Shown here piece by piece: positions 1 to 9,024 of a stretch of DNA of 64,000 nt. A program made the position numbers and the translations under genes. The notes under the pieces are model-generated. The model did not search any database. It was not told where the DNA came from and saw only the letters and a list, made by a program, of their open reading frames with translations. Source of the stretch: Chloroflexota bacterium (lineage in GTDB: Bacteria; Chloroflexota; Limnocylindria; Limnocylindrales; CSP1-4); NCBI GenBank assembly GCA_016191395.1, contig JACPOS010000030.1, forward strand, positions 4,235 through 68,234, written 5' to 3'. How positions within the stretch are numbered: position 1 is the stretch's first letter; each line of letters starts with the position of its first letter.

Positions 1-231
1 GGAGCGCCTCGGGTGGAGCTGGGATCACGCTACGTGTTCGTCGTGAGCGAAGCGCTGGACTCCGAAGGGCAGAAGCCGCTGCTCCTGAGCAAGGCGAGGT
101 TCGCGTGGCCAGTCGACTCGAAAGGCATAGTCACGACGGTCGACGGGCCGATGTCCATCGACCAACTTACGGAGGTCGTCGCGGCTGCGGCCTCCTCGCC
201 TGATCCGAAGGCCACCATGGCTGGCAACTAG
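1..231 (+). CDS. hypothetical protein, probable C-terminal fragment (gene likely starts upstream of window)
   Basis: Frame is open from nt 1 (GTG at 13) to the stop at 231. Composition is protein-like (VFVVSEALDSEGQKPLLLSKARFAWPVDSKGIVTTVDGPMSIDQL), not the Arg/Pro-rich artefact type. No family recognised. Confidence 0.3.
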   Translation, partial: GAPRVELGSRYVFVVSEALDSEGQKPLLLSKARFAWPVDSKGIVTTVDGPMSIDQLTEVVAAAASSPDPKATMAGN

Positions 232-283
232 GGCTACGACCTAGGCGGCGAGCGGGGAAGACGCACGGGGGCTCTTCGACGTC

Positions 284-988
284 CTAGTCGCTGAAATCTG
301 GGCGCCCGGGCTCCACGCGGTAGGTGCAGCAGCGATCCCCGGCCGCGATGTGCGTTTCGCGCTCGACGCCCGGACCGAGGAGCTCTCGGAACAGGTCCAG
401 CTCCGCGTCACACGCGGCGGTGGTTCGGCGGGAGATCTGGTCGATCGCGCAGTTGTGCTCGCGCAGGCGGATCGCGCCGTCGTCGGCGATCAGCGCCTCG
501 GCCAGGTAGCCGGCCTCGTCCTGGAGCACGGCGAGGAAGCGGACGCGATCCGCGAGCCCTGCGTCCTCGGGCAGCCGATCTGCCATCCGACGGCGGATCC
601 GGTCGCCCACCTGTCGCCGCCGGGCGGCGAACACCTGCTCCACGAGATCGTCGCCGCCGACGGCCTCGATCGCCTTCACGAGACCCGACGCGAAGCCGCC
701 GTAGTCGGTCGGGAAGAGGCCCTGTGCATCGGCGGTGACGTCGTACAGATGGCGGGGCCGCCCGACGCCATGCTTCTCGGCGGCGTGGCTCACGAGGCCC
801 GCATCCTCCAGCGCATAGAGCTGCTGCAGCACGCCCGTGCGGCTCGCGGTGAGGGCGGCGGCGAGGCCGTCGGGCGAGGTTGGGCCCGCCTGCCGAAGGT
901 GCACGAGGATGTCGTGCCGAAGGGCGGACGGGGGAGGCGCGCCGTTGGTGGCTCGGGGCTGCGAAGGCACCCCGGCGGGCTGTGCCAT
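284..988 (-). CDS. winged helix-turn-helix transcriptional regulator (ArsR-like N-terminal wHTH plus ~150 aa C-terminal domain)
   Basis: 234-aa ORF. N-terminal wHTH signature DILVHLRQAGPTSPDGLAAALTASRTGVLQQLYALEDAGLV...GRPRHLY. Balanced composition. Diverges from the acyl-CoA dehydrogenase gene. Confidence 0.6.
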   Translation of the reverse strand: MAQPAGVPSQPRATNGAPPPSALRHDILVHLRQAGPTSPDGLAAALTASRTGVLQQLYALEDAGLVSHAAEKHGVGRPRHLYDVTADAQGLFPTDYGGFASGLVKAIEAVGGDDLVEQVFAARRRQVGDRIRRRMADRLPEDAGLADRVRFLAVLQDEAGYLAEALIADDGAIRLREHNCAIDQISRRTTAACDAELDLFRELLGPGVERETHIAAGDRCCTYRVEPGRPDFSD

Positions 989-1170
989 CCCCGGACACTA
1001 GCAGGAAACCAGCTCGCCCGAGGCGGCCCGCTGGCGGCGTCGGCTTCGCTGCGCTCTCGCTCACGCACGTCGGAGTGCGCTCGCTCAATGCTCGCTCGCC
1101 TCCTTGCCATCGGGCCGCCTCGGGCGAGCTCGGATTCGGGCTGGCGGCGGCCGATGGTACGCTCGGTTCG

Positions 1171-2343
1171 ATGGACTTCGACCTCTCCACGGAGCACGCG
1201 CTGCTCCGCTCAACGATCCGTGACTTCATGGAGAGCGAGGTTGCGCCGGTCGTCGAGGAGCACGAGCGGGAGCACAGGTTCCCGGTGGAGGTGGTCCGGC
1301 GCCTGGGCGAGATGGGCTGGCTCGGCATCCCGATCCCCGAGGACGAGGGCGGGGCGGGGATGGACACCCTCTCGTACGCCATCGCGATCGAGGAGATCGG
1401 GCGGGTGTGGGGCTCGCTGGGCCTCATCGTCGCCGCCCACACGTCCCTCGGCTGCGGGCCGCTGCACCTCGCCGGCACGAAGGAGCAGAAGGACCGCTAC
1501 CTCATCCCGATGGCCAGCGGCAAGGTGATCGGGGCCTACGGGCTGACGGAGCCGGGCGCTGGCTCGGACGCCGGCGGGACGCGCACCACCGCGCGACTCG
1601 AGAGCGACACCAACGGCGCCGGTGGCGAGTGGGTCATCGACGGCAGCAAGCGGTTCATCACGAACGCGGGCCAGGCCGGCACCTACATCATCACGGCACG
1701 GACCGGCACGAAGGAGGGCGGCGGCGCGGAGATCTCCGCGTTCATCCTGCCCGCGGACACGCCGGGCTTCCGCGTGGTGCGGATCGAGGACAAGCTGGGG
1801 CTCCACGCCTCTGCAACCGGCGAGCTCGCGTTCGACCGCTGCCGCGTCCCGGCCGAGAACCTGCTCGGCGAGCGCGGCGATGGCTTCCGGACCTTCCTCA
1901 AGATCCTCGACGGCGGGCGGATCAGCATCGCCGCCCTCGCCCTGGGCCTCGCGCAGGCCGCGTATGACGCGGCCGTGCCCTACGCGCAGACCCGCGAGCA
2001 GTTCGGCAAGCCGATCGGCAGCTTCCAGGGGGTCGCGTTCATGATCGCGGACATGGCCACGGAGATCGAGGCGGCGCGGGCGCTGGTCTGGAAATCCGCG
2101 TGGCTCAAGGACCAGGGCCGCGACTATTCGCTGGTCGCCGCACAGGCCAAGCTGTTCGCGTCCGAGGTCAGCTCACGGGTGACGAATGCCGCGATCCAGG
2201 TCCACGGCGGCTATGGCTACGTGACGGAGTACCCGGTGGAGCGCTTCCTCCGCGACGCGAAGCTGACGGAGATCGGCGAGGGGACCAGCCAGGTCCAGCG
2301 CCTCGTGATCGCGAGGAAGATCCTCGGCCTGCGCATCGGCTGA
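1171..2343 (+). CDS. acyl-CoA dehydrogenase
   Basis: ATG at 1171 (MDFDLSTEHALLRSTIRDFMESEVAP). ACAD motifs GLTEPGAGSD, C-terminal FGKPIGSFQGVAF and YEGTSQ-like EIGEGTSQVQRLVIAR. The listed 487-aa ORF has a spurious N-terminal extension. Confidence 0.9.
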   Translation: MDFDLSTEHALLRSTIRDFMESEVAPVVEEHEREHRFPVEVVRRLGEMGWLGIPIPEDEGGAGMDTLSYAIAIEEIGRVWGSLGLIVAAHTSLGCGPLHLAGTKEQKDRYLIPMASGKVIGAYGLTEPGAGSDAGGTRTTARLESDTNGAGGEWVIDGSKRFITNAGQAGTYIITARTGTKEGGGAEISAFILPADTPGFRVVRIEDKLGLHASATGELAFDRCRVPAENLLGERGDGFRTFLKILDGGRISIAALALGLAQAAYDAAVPYAQTREQFGKPIGSFQGVAFMIADMATEIEAARALVWKSAWLKDQGRDYSLVAAQAKLFASEVSSRVTNAAIQVHGGYGYVTEYPVERFLRDAKLTEIGEGTSQVQRLVIARKILGLRIG

Positions 2344-2390
2344 CCGCCGGCGCCGGCCCCGGCGCTGTGGGGCCCCGGTGACGTCGGACC

Positions 2391-3218
2391 TCAGTCGACC
2401 GCCACCAGCCGGACGTTCAGCCGCAAGCTCCCATTGGGCCCCACGCACGTCTGCAGCGTCATGCTCGGGACCGGCTGGCTGGCCTTCGCCCAGGCCGCGT
2501 CGACAGGATCGACGACGCGCCACTCCGTGACCCGATACGACCGGATGCGGCCGTTGCCGTCCGCGTAGATGGCGATCATCCCAAGCCGCAACCGGCCCGA
2601 TGTGTAGGCGTCGTGGAGCGGCTTCATCACGCCCCACGCGTGACCCAGCAGGTACAAGTTGTTCCGACCTGCGCAGCCCCAGCGGTACATGAGGTTGTCC
2701 GGCGGGCGGCTGCGGGTGCACGGGAAGAGGTAGACCGGGCGCGAGATCCCGAGCGACGGGATCCAGACGTGGTTCGTGCCGGAATACGCGCGGACGGTCG
2801 CCTTCACGACCGCGCGCGCCTTGACGACCGGCGCCGGCGCGGGCGCCGCGACTCGAGCCGGCTCGGGCAGTCGTACGGCGAGCTGCCTCGCCTGGAGCAG
2901 CGGCCGCGCGCCGACGATCAGCGCCGCCTCCGCCGACCGGTCCGAGACGAGATGCTTCCAGCCGGGCGCCTCGCGAATCCCGGCCTTGTCCGCCGCGAGG
3001 GCAATGTCGGCGCCCCGCGTGGCTTCCAGGCTTCGCGCCGGCACGGGTTCGAAGCGGGACGCGGCTTGGACCCAGCCCGTGGTGATCGCGAGCACCGTGA
3101 TCAACGCTGCGGCGCTCCGCACGGGGCGGCGGCGCAGCCTCGATTCGGGCATGGGTGCAGCGTCGTCGAGGCATGCCCGCTTGGCCCCTACCCGCTGGTC
3201 CCGGGCGGCATGCGGCAT
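2391..3218 (-). CDS. class F-like sortase (transpeptidase)
   Basis: C-terminal catalytic motif SMTLQTCVGPNGS (TLxTC). Conserved His region LLGHAWG. N-terminal TM segment RSAAALITVLAITTGWV. Alternative start at internal Met (nt 3152). Confidence 0.75.
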   Translation of the reverse strand: MPHAARDQRVGAKRACLDDAAPMPESRLRRRPVRSAAALITVLAITTGWVQAASRFEPVPARSLEATRGADIALAADKAGIREAPGWKHLVSDRSAEAALIVGARPLLQARQLAVRLPEPARVAAPAPAPVVKARAVVKATVRAYSGTNHVWIPSLGISRPVYLFPCTRSRPPDNLMYRWGCAGRNNLYLLGHAWGVMKPLHDAYTSGRLRLGMIAIYADGNGRIRSYRVTEWRVVDPVDAAWAKASQPVPSMTLQTCVGPNGSLRLNVRLVAVD

Positions 3219-3296
3219 AGGAACGGTCCCGGTCCCGTCCGGTCATACGACCGTGACGGGACATAGGTCCGGAGCACGGGCGCACCGGTTGCACGA

Positions 3297-3761
3297 TCAG
3301 CCGCCGGTGCCAGCGGCCTCCTTGAGCCCCTTCCGGAGGGCGGCATCGAACTGGGGCGGCCATGGGCCCTGGCCGGCCACGACGTATGGCGAGACCTGCA
3401 CGATGACGAACGTGGCCGGGTCGTCCGCCCACGCGGCGACGCAGGCATCGACGTCGGCGAGCCGCCGCTCCCAGGCGTCGCGGTCGCGGAAGATGTAGAT
3501 CCGGAGGTGGACCGGCGTCGCCTGGTCCAGGCCCGCCGCATCGAACCGGATCGCGGTGGGGCTCAGGGTCGGATCGTCGCAGCCCTCGTCTCCAGACGTC
3601 CAGCTCGCCACGTCGACACCGAACCGGCCGAGCTGCCCCGCGATCCCCGGGAACGGCTCCGGGTCGGGGACAGGCGGAGACTGCAGGATGCCGGCGCACG
3701 CAGACAGGGTCATCGCCAGCAGCAGGCAAGTGGCGGCGAGCCGCCGTGGGATGCGGGTCAC
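3297..3761 (-). CDS. hypothetical lipoprotein
   Basis: Signal peptide with lipobox (LAMTLSAC AG). 154 aa. Sits upstream of the sortase in the same orientation. Confidence 0.55.
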   Translation of the reverse strand: MTRIPRRLAATCLLLAMTLSACAGILQSPPVPDPEPFPGIAGQLGRFGVDVASWTSGDEGCDDPTLSPTAIRFDAAGLDQATPVHLRIYIFRDRDAWERRLADVDACVAAWADDPATFVIVQVSPYVVAGQGPWPPQFDAALRKGLKEAAGTGG

Positions 3762-5791
3762 GGCCGGATACCTCCAGGCCGCGCCCGCTCGCGTGCAAGC
3801 GCCTCGAACGGGACGAGCGAGCCAGGATCCGCGAGGGCGTCCTTCGACGCGGCTACGTCCGGCGGGGCGCCGAGAAGGATCCGCTTCACGGGCACCTCCA
3901 GCTTCTTGCCCGACAGGGTCCTGGGCACGACCGGGACGCCGATGATCGCGTCCGGGACATGGCGGGGGGACAGCTCGTCACGGAGCGCGGCACCGATTCG
4001 ACGCCGGAGCACCTCGTCCAAGGCCACGCCCTCGCGCGGCACGACGAACAGGAGCAGCTCGCCCGGCCCGTCGCCGGCCGAGTCCTCCAGGTGCACGACG
4101 AGGCTGTCCGCGATCTCGGGGAGCCCCTCCACGATCCCATAGAACTCCGACGTCCCGATGCGGACGCCGCCGCGCTTGAGCGTCGCGTCGCTGCGCCCGG
4201 TGACGACGCACGAGCCGCGCTCGGTGATCGTCAGCCAGTCGCCATGCCGCCAGACGCCCGGATACGTCGCGAAGTAGGCGTCACGTAGTCGGGACCCGTC
4301 GGCGTCGCCCCACAGCCCGACCGGCATCGACGGCATGGGCGCGGTGATCACGAGCTCGCCCTCCCGCCCGATGACCGAGTGGCCGCCCTCGTCGAACGCC
4401 TCCACCCGGGCCCCGAGCATCCGGCAGCTGATCTCGCCCGACCACACCGGCACGAGCGGGCTGGGCCCCAGGAAGCCGGTGCACACGTCCGTGCCGCCGC
4501 TCAGCGAGCCCACGGGGATGGACGCGGAGACCGCGTCGCGGAGCCACTCGAAGCCGGTCGCCGGCAGCGGCGCACCCGTGGAGCCGACACCGCGCAGCCC
4601 GGCGAGATCCAGGTCACGGCCCGGCGTCAGCTCCGCCTTCCGACAGGCCATCAGATACGGCGCGCTGGTCCCGAGGTACGTCGTCCCGGTTTCTGCCGCG
4701 AGGCGCCACAGGCCGGAAAGGTCCGGCCAGGCCGGGTTGCCGTCGAACGTGACCACGGTCGAGCCCACGAGGAGCCCGGAGACCAGGTAGTTCCACATCA
4801 TCCAGCCGGTCGTCGTGAACCAGCAGAAGCGATCGCCGGGTCCCAGGTCCGTGTGCAGGCCGAGCGCCTTGAGGTGCTCCAGGGTGATGCCGCCGTGGCC
4901 GTGCACGATCGGCTTGGGAAGGCCGGTGGTGCCGGACGAATACAGGATGTACAGCGGGTGATCGAACGGGACGGCCTCGAAGGCGAGCGACCCCGGCTCC
5001 GAGAGCAGGTCAGTCCAGGAGACCGCACCCGGGATCATTTGCGTACCCGCGGGATCGAGGTATGGCAGCACGACCGTGGCCTCGAGCGAGGGCAGTGCCG
5101 CCCGGATCTCCTGGACCTCGGCCCGCCGGTCGACCGCCTTGTCGCCGTACCGGTAGCCGTCGATGACCAGCAGGACCCGTGGCTCGATCTGCCCGAACCG
5201 GTCGATCACGGCGCGGATCCCGAACTCCGGCGCGCACGACGACCAGATCGCGCCAAGGCTCGCGGTGGCGAGGAGCGCGACGATCGCCTCCGGGACGTTC
5301 GGCAGGAACGCGGCCACGCGATCGCCTCGGCGGACGCCCAGCCGCAGCAGGCCCGTGCGGCACCGAGCGACCGCATCTCGCAGCTCATCGGACGTGAGCC
5401 TCGACGGCGCGCGCGTCTGGGATCGCCCGATCACGACGACGTCGCCCGGCCCGCGCCCGGGCAGCCGGAGCGCGTGCTCCGCGTAGTTCAGGGTCGCTCC
5501 GGGAAACCACTCGGCCCCCGGCATCGTGGCGCTGGCGAGCGCGCCGGTTGGCTGCACGAGCGCCCTGACCTCGAAGAAGTCCCAGATCGACTGCCAGAAC
5601 GCGCCCGGCTCGTCCACCGACCAGCGCCAAAGTGCGTCGTAGCCGTCGAACTGAAGGCCGCGCTCGGATGCCAGCCAGGCAACGTAGCGGCCCATCCGCG
5701 AGGCGGCGATGGCGTCCGGCGATGGCGACCACAGGACCGCGGGTGCGGTGCCGCCGATGTCCGTGCTCGTCACGGGAGCACGGTAGCGCAA
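3758..5791 (-). CDS. acetoacetyl-CoA synthetase (acetoacetate--CoA ligase, ANL superfamily)
   Basis: 677 aa. N-terminal YVAWLASERGL...YDALWRWSVDEPGAFW typical of AACS. AMP-binding motifs YSSGTTGLPKPIVHGHGG, TGWMMWNY and core lysine SGKK. Confidence 0.85.
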   Translation of the reverse strand: MRYRAPVTSTDIGGTAPAVLWSPSPDAIAASRMGRYVAWLASERGLQFDGYDALWRWSVDEPGAFWQSIWDFFEVRALVQPTGALASATMPGAEWFPGATLNYAEHALRLPGRGPGDVVVIGRSQTRAPSRLTSDELRDAVARCRTGLLRLGVRRGDRVAAFLPNVPEAIVALLATASLGAIWSSCAPEFGIRAVIDRFGQIEPRVLLVIDGYRYGDKAVDRRAEVQEIRAALPSLEATVVLPYLDPAGTQMIPGAVSWTDLLSEPGSLAFEAVPFDHPLYILYSSGTTGLPKPIVHGHGGITLEHLKALGLHTDLGPGDRFCWFTTTGWMMWNYLVSGLLVGSTVVTFDGNPAWPDLSGLWRLAAETGTTYLGTSAPYLMACRKAELTPGRDLDLAGLRGVGSTGAPLPATGFEWLRDAVSASIPVGSLSGGTDVCTGFLGPSPLVPVWSGEISCRMLGARVEAFDEGGHSVIGREGELVITAPMPSMPVGLWGDADGSRLRDAYFATYPGVWRHGDWLTITERGSCVVTGRSDATLKRGGVRIGTSEFYGIVEGLPEIADSLVVHLEDSAGDGPGELLLFVVPREGVALDEVLRRRIGAALRDELSPRHVPDAIIGVPVVPRTLSGKKLEVPVKRILLGAPPDVAASKDALADPGSLVPFEALARERARPGGIRP

Positions 5792-5800
5792 CCCCCTCGA

Positions 5801-6070
5801 TCAGCCCTGCGCGCGCGACACCTGCGCGTACACGACCGCCACCGCGACCTTCGTCTCGTAACCGCTGCCGTCGTTGCCGAACATCGCCCCGGCGTGCCGC
5901 AGCGCCATGGAGGTCATCGACACGATGCGGAGGCCGTTCTCGGCTCGCACGGCCGCGTCCGCCGCCACCTCGCCGAAGATCTCGAGCGGGTTCAGCTCCG
6001 CGCCGATGTCGCCGGGCGTGTAGACGACGAGGGTCTGATCCGGTCCCGCCTCGAACTCGCCACCGATCAT
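5801..6070 (-). CDS. small hypothetical protein (weak YbjQ/UPF0145-like resemblance), co-operonic with AACS
   Basis: 89-aa ORF from the internal ATG at 6070 with a GGAGGA RBS 7 nt upstream. Ends 9 nt before the AACS start. Motifs YTPGDIGAEL..EIFGEV and ALRHAGAMFGNDGSGYETKV loosely resemble YbjQ. Confidence 0.45.
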   Translation of the reverse strand: MIGGEFEAGPDQTLVVYTPGDIGAELNPLEIFGEVAADAAVRAENGLRIVSMTSMALRHAGAMFGNDGSGYETKVAVAVVYAQVSRAQG

Positions 6071-6263
6071 CGCCGGTCCTCCATCGTCACCGCTCCCGCC
6101 TGCGCCGCTGCGCCTCGCGCAGCCTGGCCAGCGTATCGGGCTCCTCCGCCTTCGGTTCGGGCGCCTTCGGGGCCGGCGTTGCTGCCACCCTGATCTCGGG
6201 CACCGTTCGCCCGGCGGTCCCCTGGAAGTTGCACAACGTGGGGCTATCGTACGATTCCCGCCC

Positions 6264-7604
6264 GTGCCCACGATCCGCCCGTTCCGCGCGCTCCGCTACT
6301 CCCGCGAGCAGGTCGCAGACCTCTCGGCCGTGGTCGCGCCCCCGTACGACGTCATCGGGCCGGAGCGGCACGGGCGACTCCTGGCGCGCGACCCCCGCAA
6401 CGTGGTCCGGCTGGACCTGCCCGAGGAGGTCGCCGGCGACCCACCGGACGAGCGGTATCGGCGCGCCGCCCGCACGCTGTCCACGTGGCGGACCGACGGG
6501 ACCCTGCACCGCGACCCGCGCCTCGCGCTGTACCCGTACGAGCAGGCATACCGCGTCCCGGGCACGGACCGGATGGCGACGCGTCGGGGCGTGTTCGCCC
6601 GAGTGGTGCTGGAGCCATTCGGTCCCGACGCCGGCATCCGCGCCCACGAGCGGACGCTCGCAGAGCCTCGTGAGGATCGCTACCGGCTGCTGCGGGCGAC
6701 TGGCGTTAACACGAGCCCGGTCGTTGGGATCGGCCAGGACGCGATCGGGCGCGTGGCAGCGTGGCTGCGCGAGATCTCCGCGACGGCGCCGGTCGCGGAG
6801 CTCGTGGATGACGACGAGGTCCAGCACCGGCTGTGGATTGCGCCCGTCGGCGAGGACGAGGCCGGCGACGTGACGGTGCGGGACGTCTGCGAGCGAATCG
6901 GGGCCGCGCCGATCACCCTCGCTGATGGGCACCACCGCTACGAGACGGCGCTGCGGTACGCCGACGAGCGGCGCCGTGGGCCGGTCCTCGAGGAGGCGCC
7001 CGCGTGGGCGGAGATCCTGATGCTGATCCTGGAGCCGATCGAGGGCGCGCTCACCGTCCTGCCGACGCACCGTGTGCTGCTCGGCCTGGAGCCGGCCGCG
7101 GTGACGAACCTGGTCGCCCGGCTGCCGGAGCTGTTCGACGTGGAGCAGCCGGTGAGCGCGGACGCGCTGCGCGCGGCGTTCGGAGCGGGTGCCGAGGCGC
7201 CCGGTGGCGAGGGCCGGTTCGGTCTTTGGACGCGCGACGGTGGCGCGATCCTGCGGGCCCGGCGCGGCGCATTCGCGCCGTGGCTGCCGGCCGGCGGCTC
7301 GGCCGTCCGGCGCCTGGACGTGACGCTCGCTTCGGTCGCGATCGAGCGGCTGGCGGGCATCGATCCAGGTGCCGTGGCCGAGGGGCGGATCGCGTTTACG
7401 ATGTCCGCGGCCGAGGCGATCGCGTGGGTCGACGAGGGATCGGCCCCGACGGGCTCGCAGCCCGCCGCCGTTGCGCTCCTCCTGGACCCGACACCCGCCG
7501 CCGAGATCGTCGCCGTCGCCGCCGAGGGCGACGTAATGCCGCAGAAGAGCACGTACATCTATCCGAAGGCCCTGACGGGCCTCGTCATCAACCCCCTCGA
7601 ATAG
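6264..7604 (+). CDS. DUF1015 domain-containing protein
   Basis: N-terminus MPTIRPFRALRY, central ADGHHRYETA, C-terminus MPQKSTYIYPKALTGLVINPL. These are hallmark DUF1015 motifs. Confidence 0.85.
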   Translation: MPTIRPFRALRYSREQVADLSAVVAPPYDVIGPERHGRLLARDPRNVVRLDLPEEVAGDPPDERYRRAARTLSTWRTDGTLHRDPRLALYPYEQAYRVPGTDRMATRRGVFARVVLEPFGPDAGIRAHERTLAEPREDRYRLLRATGVNTSPVVGIGQDAIGRVAAWLREISATAPVAELVDDDEVQHRLWIAPVGEDEAGDVTVRDVCERIGAAPITLADGHHRYETALRYADERRRGPVLEEAPAWAEILMLILEPIEGALTVLPTHRVLLGLEPAAVTNLVARLPELFDVEQPVSADALRAAFGAGAEAPGGEGRFGLWTRDGGAILRARRGAFAPWLPAGGSAVRRLDVTLASVAIERLAGIDPGAVAEGRIAFTMSAAEAIAWVDEGSAPTGSQPAAVALLLDPTPAAEIVAVAAEGDVMPQKSTYIYPKALTGLVINPLE

Positions 7605-7620
7605 CCGCCCCGGAGGACCG

Positions 7621-8481
7621 ATGCCCCCGTCGCCAGACGCCACGCTGCCGCCGCCGGCCAGCCGGCCCATCCGCAAGGACGAGATCGAGCTGCACGAGCG
7701 CGGCCTGTACATCGAGTCGTGGCTGCCGGAGCGGCGGTCGCGCCGGAAGCCCCTCCTGTTCGTGCACGGCGAGCTCGGCGGGTCGTGGGCCTGGGAACGC
7801 TACCTGGGCTACTTCGCCGGCCGCGGCTGGGAGGGCCACGCCCTCAACCTGCGCAATCACCACTGGAGCCAGACCGCCGATCCCGCGGAGCTCTCGTTCG
7901 AGTCGTTCGTGGAGGACGTTGGGGCCGCGATCGAACGGCTCGGGCCGTCGGTCGTCGTCGTGGGTCACGGCATGGGCGGGCTGCTCGCGCTGAAGGCCGC
8001 CGAGCGCCGCCCGGTCAGCGGCCTGGTCCTCGTCGCGCCGGAGCTGCCCGGCGACGTCCGCGAGCCGACGGAGCCGCATGCGATCCGCGAGGTGCCGGAG
8101 CTGTTCGGTCCATCGCTGCTCGGCTGGGCGACGCTGCCCGAGAAGCTCCAGCGCGATCGCCCCGACCTGACGCTCGCCGACGTGCTCCGTGTCCAGCACC
8201 TCATGGGCCAGAAGCCGCACGAATCGGGCCGCGCCCGCCGGACGATGCTCCGCGGCGTGAAGGTCGATCCGGCCAAGCTTGCCGAGGTGCCGAAGCTGGT
8301 GATCGGCGGCGGCATCGACCGGGTCGTGTCGCTCGCGGCGACGGAGCGGCTCGCGACCTGGCTCGGCGCAGAGTTCGAGCCGTTCGGCGCGCATTCGCAC
8401 TACGGCCTCATTCTCGGCGAGGAGGGCTACACGCAGGTCGCCGACGCCATCCGTGGCTTCCTGGAGGCCCATCGGCTGTAA
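7621..8481 (+). CDS. alpha/beta hydrolase fold protein
   Basis: 286 aa. Nucleophile elbow GHGMGG (GxSxG-like). LLFVHGELGGSWAW N-terminal region typical of AB hydrolase_1/6. Confidence 0.8.
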   Translation: MPPSPDATLPPPASRPIRKDEIELHERGLYIESWLPERRSRRKPLLFVHGELGGSWAWERYLGYFAGRGWEGHALNLRNHHWSQTADPAELSFESFVEDVGAAIERLGPSVVVVGHGMGGLLALKAAERRPVSGLVLVAPELPGDVREPTEPHAIREVPELFGPSLLGWATLPEKLQRDRPDLTLADVLRVQHLMGQKPHESGRARRTMLRGVKVDPAKLAEVPKLVIGGGIDRVVSLAATERLATWLGAEFEPFGAHSHYGLILGEEGYTQVADAIRGFLEAHRL

Positions 8482-8550
8482 TCGGCTGTCGCCGTGCGTG
8501 CTGGTAGAATTCCGGCCGGCCCGGAGGTCACCCCTTCGCGCGTCGCCCGT

Positions 8551-8627
8551 GCCGCATTCGTCTAGAGGCCCAGGACACCGCCCTCTCAAGGCGGAGATCA
8601 TCGGTTCGAATCCGATATGCGGTACCA
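8551..8627 (+). tRNA. tRNA-Glu (anticodon CTC)
   Basis: Cloverleaf readable by eye. Acceptor GCCGCAT pairs with ATGCGGT. D-arm TCGTCTAGAGGCC. Anticodon stem CCGCC/GGCGG with loop CTCTCAA (anticodon CTC). T-arm ATCGG-TTCGAAT-CCGAT. 3' ACCA. Confidence 0.85.
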
Positions 8628-8794
8628 CTCCAACCCGGCCATGCACGGCCATTGCGGCGTTGGCCGCCTGTGCGCGGTCGCTCACGCACGTTCGAGTGCG
8701 CTCGCGACCGTGCTCGGCGGCCGCCTGGCACTGGCCGCACCTGGCCGTGTTGGAGGTCCTCTCGCTCGTGCCCAGAGCTGCCTTGGCCTGCGGA

Positions 8795-8985
8795 CGGCAT
8801 GCCTATACCGGGCAGGGATAGGAAATTCACGACGAGCGTCGTCCGAATACCGGGCAGGTATAGGGATAGCGGCAGACACGCCCGGATCCGCTCCGAGTCG
8901 GGTGAAACGTTGTCGCGCGTATCCCTGAGAGGCATAGCGCCGCCCGGCTGTGGGCGGAAGCTATACCGGACAGGTATAGGGTCCC
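8795..8985. repeat. cluster of short inverted-repeat motifs TATACCGG(G/A)CAGGTATAGGG (3 copies) plus reverse-orientation CAGGGATA/TATCCCTG half-sites
   Basis: Copies at ~8803 (cctataccgggcagggatagg), ~8851 (ataccgggcaggtatagggatag) and ~8960 (ctataccggacaggtataggg). Each is a 6-bp-arm palindrome TATACC-N5-GGTATA. Locally lower GC. Lies between the tRNA-Glu 3' end and the 3' end of the convergent channel gene. Confidence 0.5.
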
Positions 8986-9024
8986 GCCCAGCGGCGACCG
9001 GGAACGCAACGTGACCGCTGGTGG

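Noticed and set aside
350-7712. Numerous long ORFs with Arg/Pro/Ala/Gly-rich translations overlapping real genes in other frames or antisense (e.g. 350..1528+, 408..1478-, 2173..3798-, 4379..6193+, 6087..7712-, 5632..6873+)
   Set aside because: Composition is typical of out-of-frame translation of high-GC DNA with no recognisable motifs. Each overlaps a gene with clear family signatures (acyl-CoA dehydrogenase, sortase, AACS, DUF1015). Stop-codon depletion at ~72% GC produces such ORFs by chance.
8630-9020. Integrated element at the tRNA-Glu 3' end (attL/attR and integrase)
   Set aside because: No integrase or recombinase gene and no copy of the tRNA 3' end were found in the window. Only short palindromic repeats are present, reported as an unexplained repeat cluster rather than a mobile element.
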